Source of the DNA: Eutreptiella sp. 'Long Island Sound 2002'
Taxonomy: Eukaryota > Protista > Euglenida
DNA length: 64,000 bases
Reading direction: 5' to 3'
Assembly: GCA_964036045.1 (NCBI GenBank)
Contig: OZ038378.1
Location: 59,830,001-59,894,000 of the forward strand
Shown here: positions 63,197 to 64,000 of the stretch, piece by piece
How positions within the stretch are numbered: position 1 is the first letter of the stretch
How the letters are laid out: every line of letters starts with the position of its first letter
Notes under the pieces: model-generated
Told to the model about the DNA's origin: nothing
What the model saw: only the letters and a program-made list of their open reading frames with translations
Databases searched by the model: none
Position numbers and translations under genes: made by a program

Positions 63197-63752
63197 ACCT
63201 GCAACGCTGCTTTAGGGGGTGGTCTGTGCGTCACCCGTGAATTAGCAAAAGAGGGATCGCACATATCATGGAGATGTATGCCTTGGATGAGGGGTTGAAG
63301 GCGTTACAAAAGACGCGGGCGGTGAAGGATGAAAGTAACAAGCGGCAAAGAAAGGAGTAACAGCAACGTACAAGTGAACCATTGTGTTCTGGATTGTTTG
63401 TTGTGCCCATTGTTTTGTGCCACCCAAAATCAGGACCCCCACCAGGAAGTGCAATCAGCAAGAGGTTCCTGGTCAGTATGTATGATCTACATCCCAATTC
63501 AGTAACCCCTTTCTGGTCTGCATGTACTCTCAAGAAGTATCCCATACCTCCCGGGAACCAAAGTGGCAAACGCTTCGAAATGGGCCATTTGGGGTGAAGC
63601 GCATGTTTGTCCAACAAAGATGATCCCCTCAACAGGATAACCCTTAGTTTTTGGTTCCTGCCCCCGCCCTTGGTCCGTGTGCTCAAACGGAAGTTGGGCC
63701 CGGGAAGGGGAGTGGGGGGTGTTCCCGCTACCCCCTCCCCGGGGACACCACA

Positions 63753-64000
63753 TGGGTGGTTTGTCGGCGCCTAGTGATCTTTGCGGATGCAAGAGGGCGC
63801 CAATAGGAGGGCAAAAGGTTTCAAGGTCGGGGCGTCCTCGGGCAAGGACGGGTGTCAAGGGCAAATTGGGGGTTTCGGCGGCGTACCCTGCCAATTTGCA
63901 AGCGTTTCTAGGGTGAAATTGGGGTGTTTAGCCTGCAACTTGTATCCTAGGTTTCTGCTTATTGCTCGGCCTCTCCCCAGTTTGTGGAGTTTCTCGTGCT
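63753..64000 (-). repeat. ~210-bp satellite, minus orientation (continuation of the 41-44.4 kb array)
   Basis: gcctagtgatctttgcggatgcaagagggcgccaataggagggcaaaaggtttcaagg matches the unit. Confidence 0.88.

Overview
Eukaryotic, repeat-saturated, heterochromatin-like DNA. It contains no recognisable housekeeping gene, rRNA, tRNA, CRISPR array or operon. GT-AG introns, satellites, microsatellites and nested decayed transposons indicate a large-genome protist. The repeat families resemble those I recall from euglenid (Eutreptiella-like) sequence, which is unverified. The best-supported object is a complete 6,567-bp DNA transposon at 20638-27204. It has perfect 24-bp TIRs (CTTAGGCCACGCAAACTGCCCACC), a 5-bp TSD (AACTA) and a dispersed palindromic motif GGTGCTGG(N1-2)CCAGCACC. 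It encodes a lightly damaged DDE transposase of Academ/DUF6589-like appearance and an intact six-exon cargo gene of 698 aa that looks like a ParB/Srx-like domain fused to a catalytically degenerate beta-class DNA amino-methyltransferase fold. The element is inserted in a decayed Helitron RepHel gene, which is also split by a ~600-bp satellite. Other contents: Transib/RAG1-like, MULE-SWIM, LINE and integrase remnants; a 2-kb MULE-like element (9-bp TSD) carrying a peptidase-C76-like ORF; four ~1.0-1.2-kb elements embedded in (TA)n; a pogo-like MITE with a PIP box; a candidate 19.3-kb TIR-bounded element; and tandem repeat families of ~150, 111, 85, ~210 and ~600 bp. All protein family calls are by-eye motif recognition, and no database searches were run.
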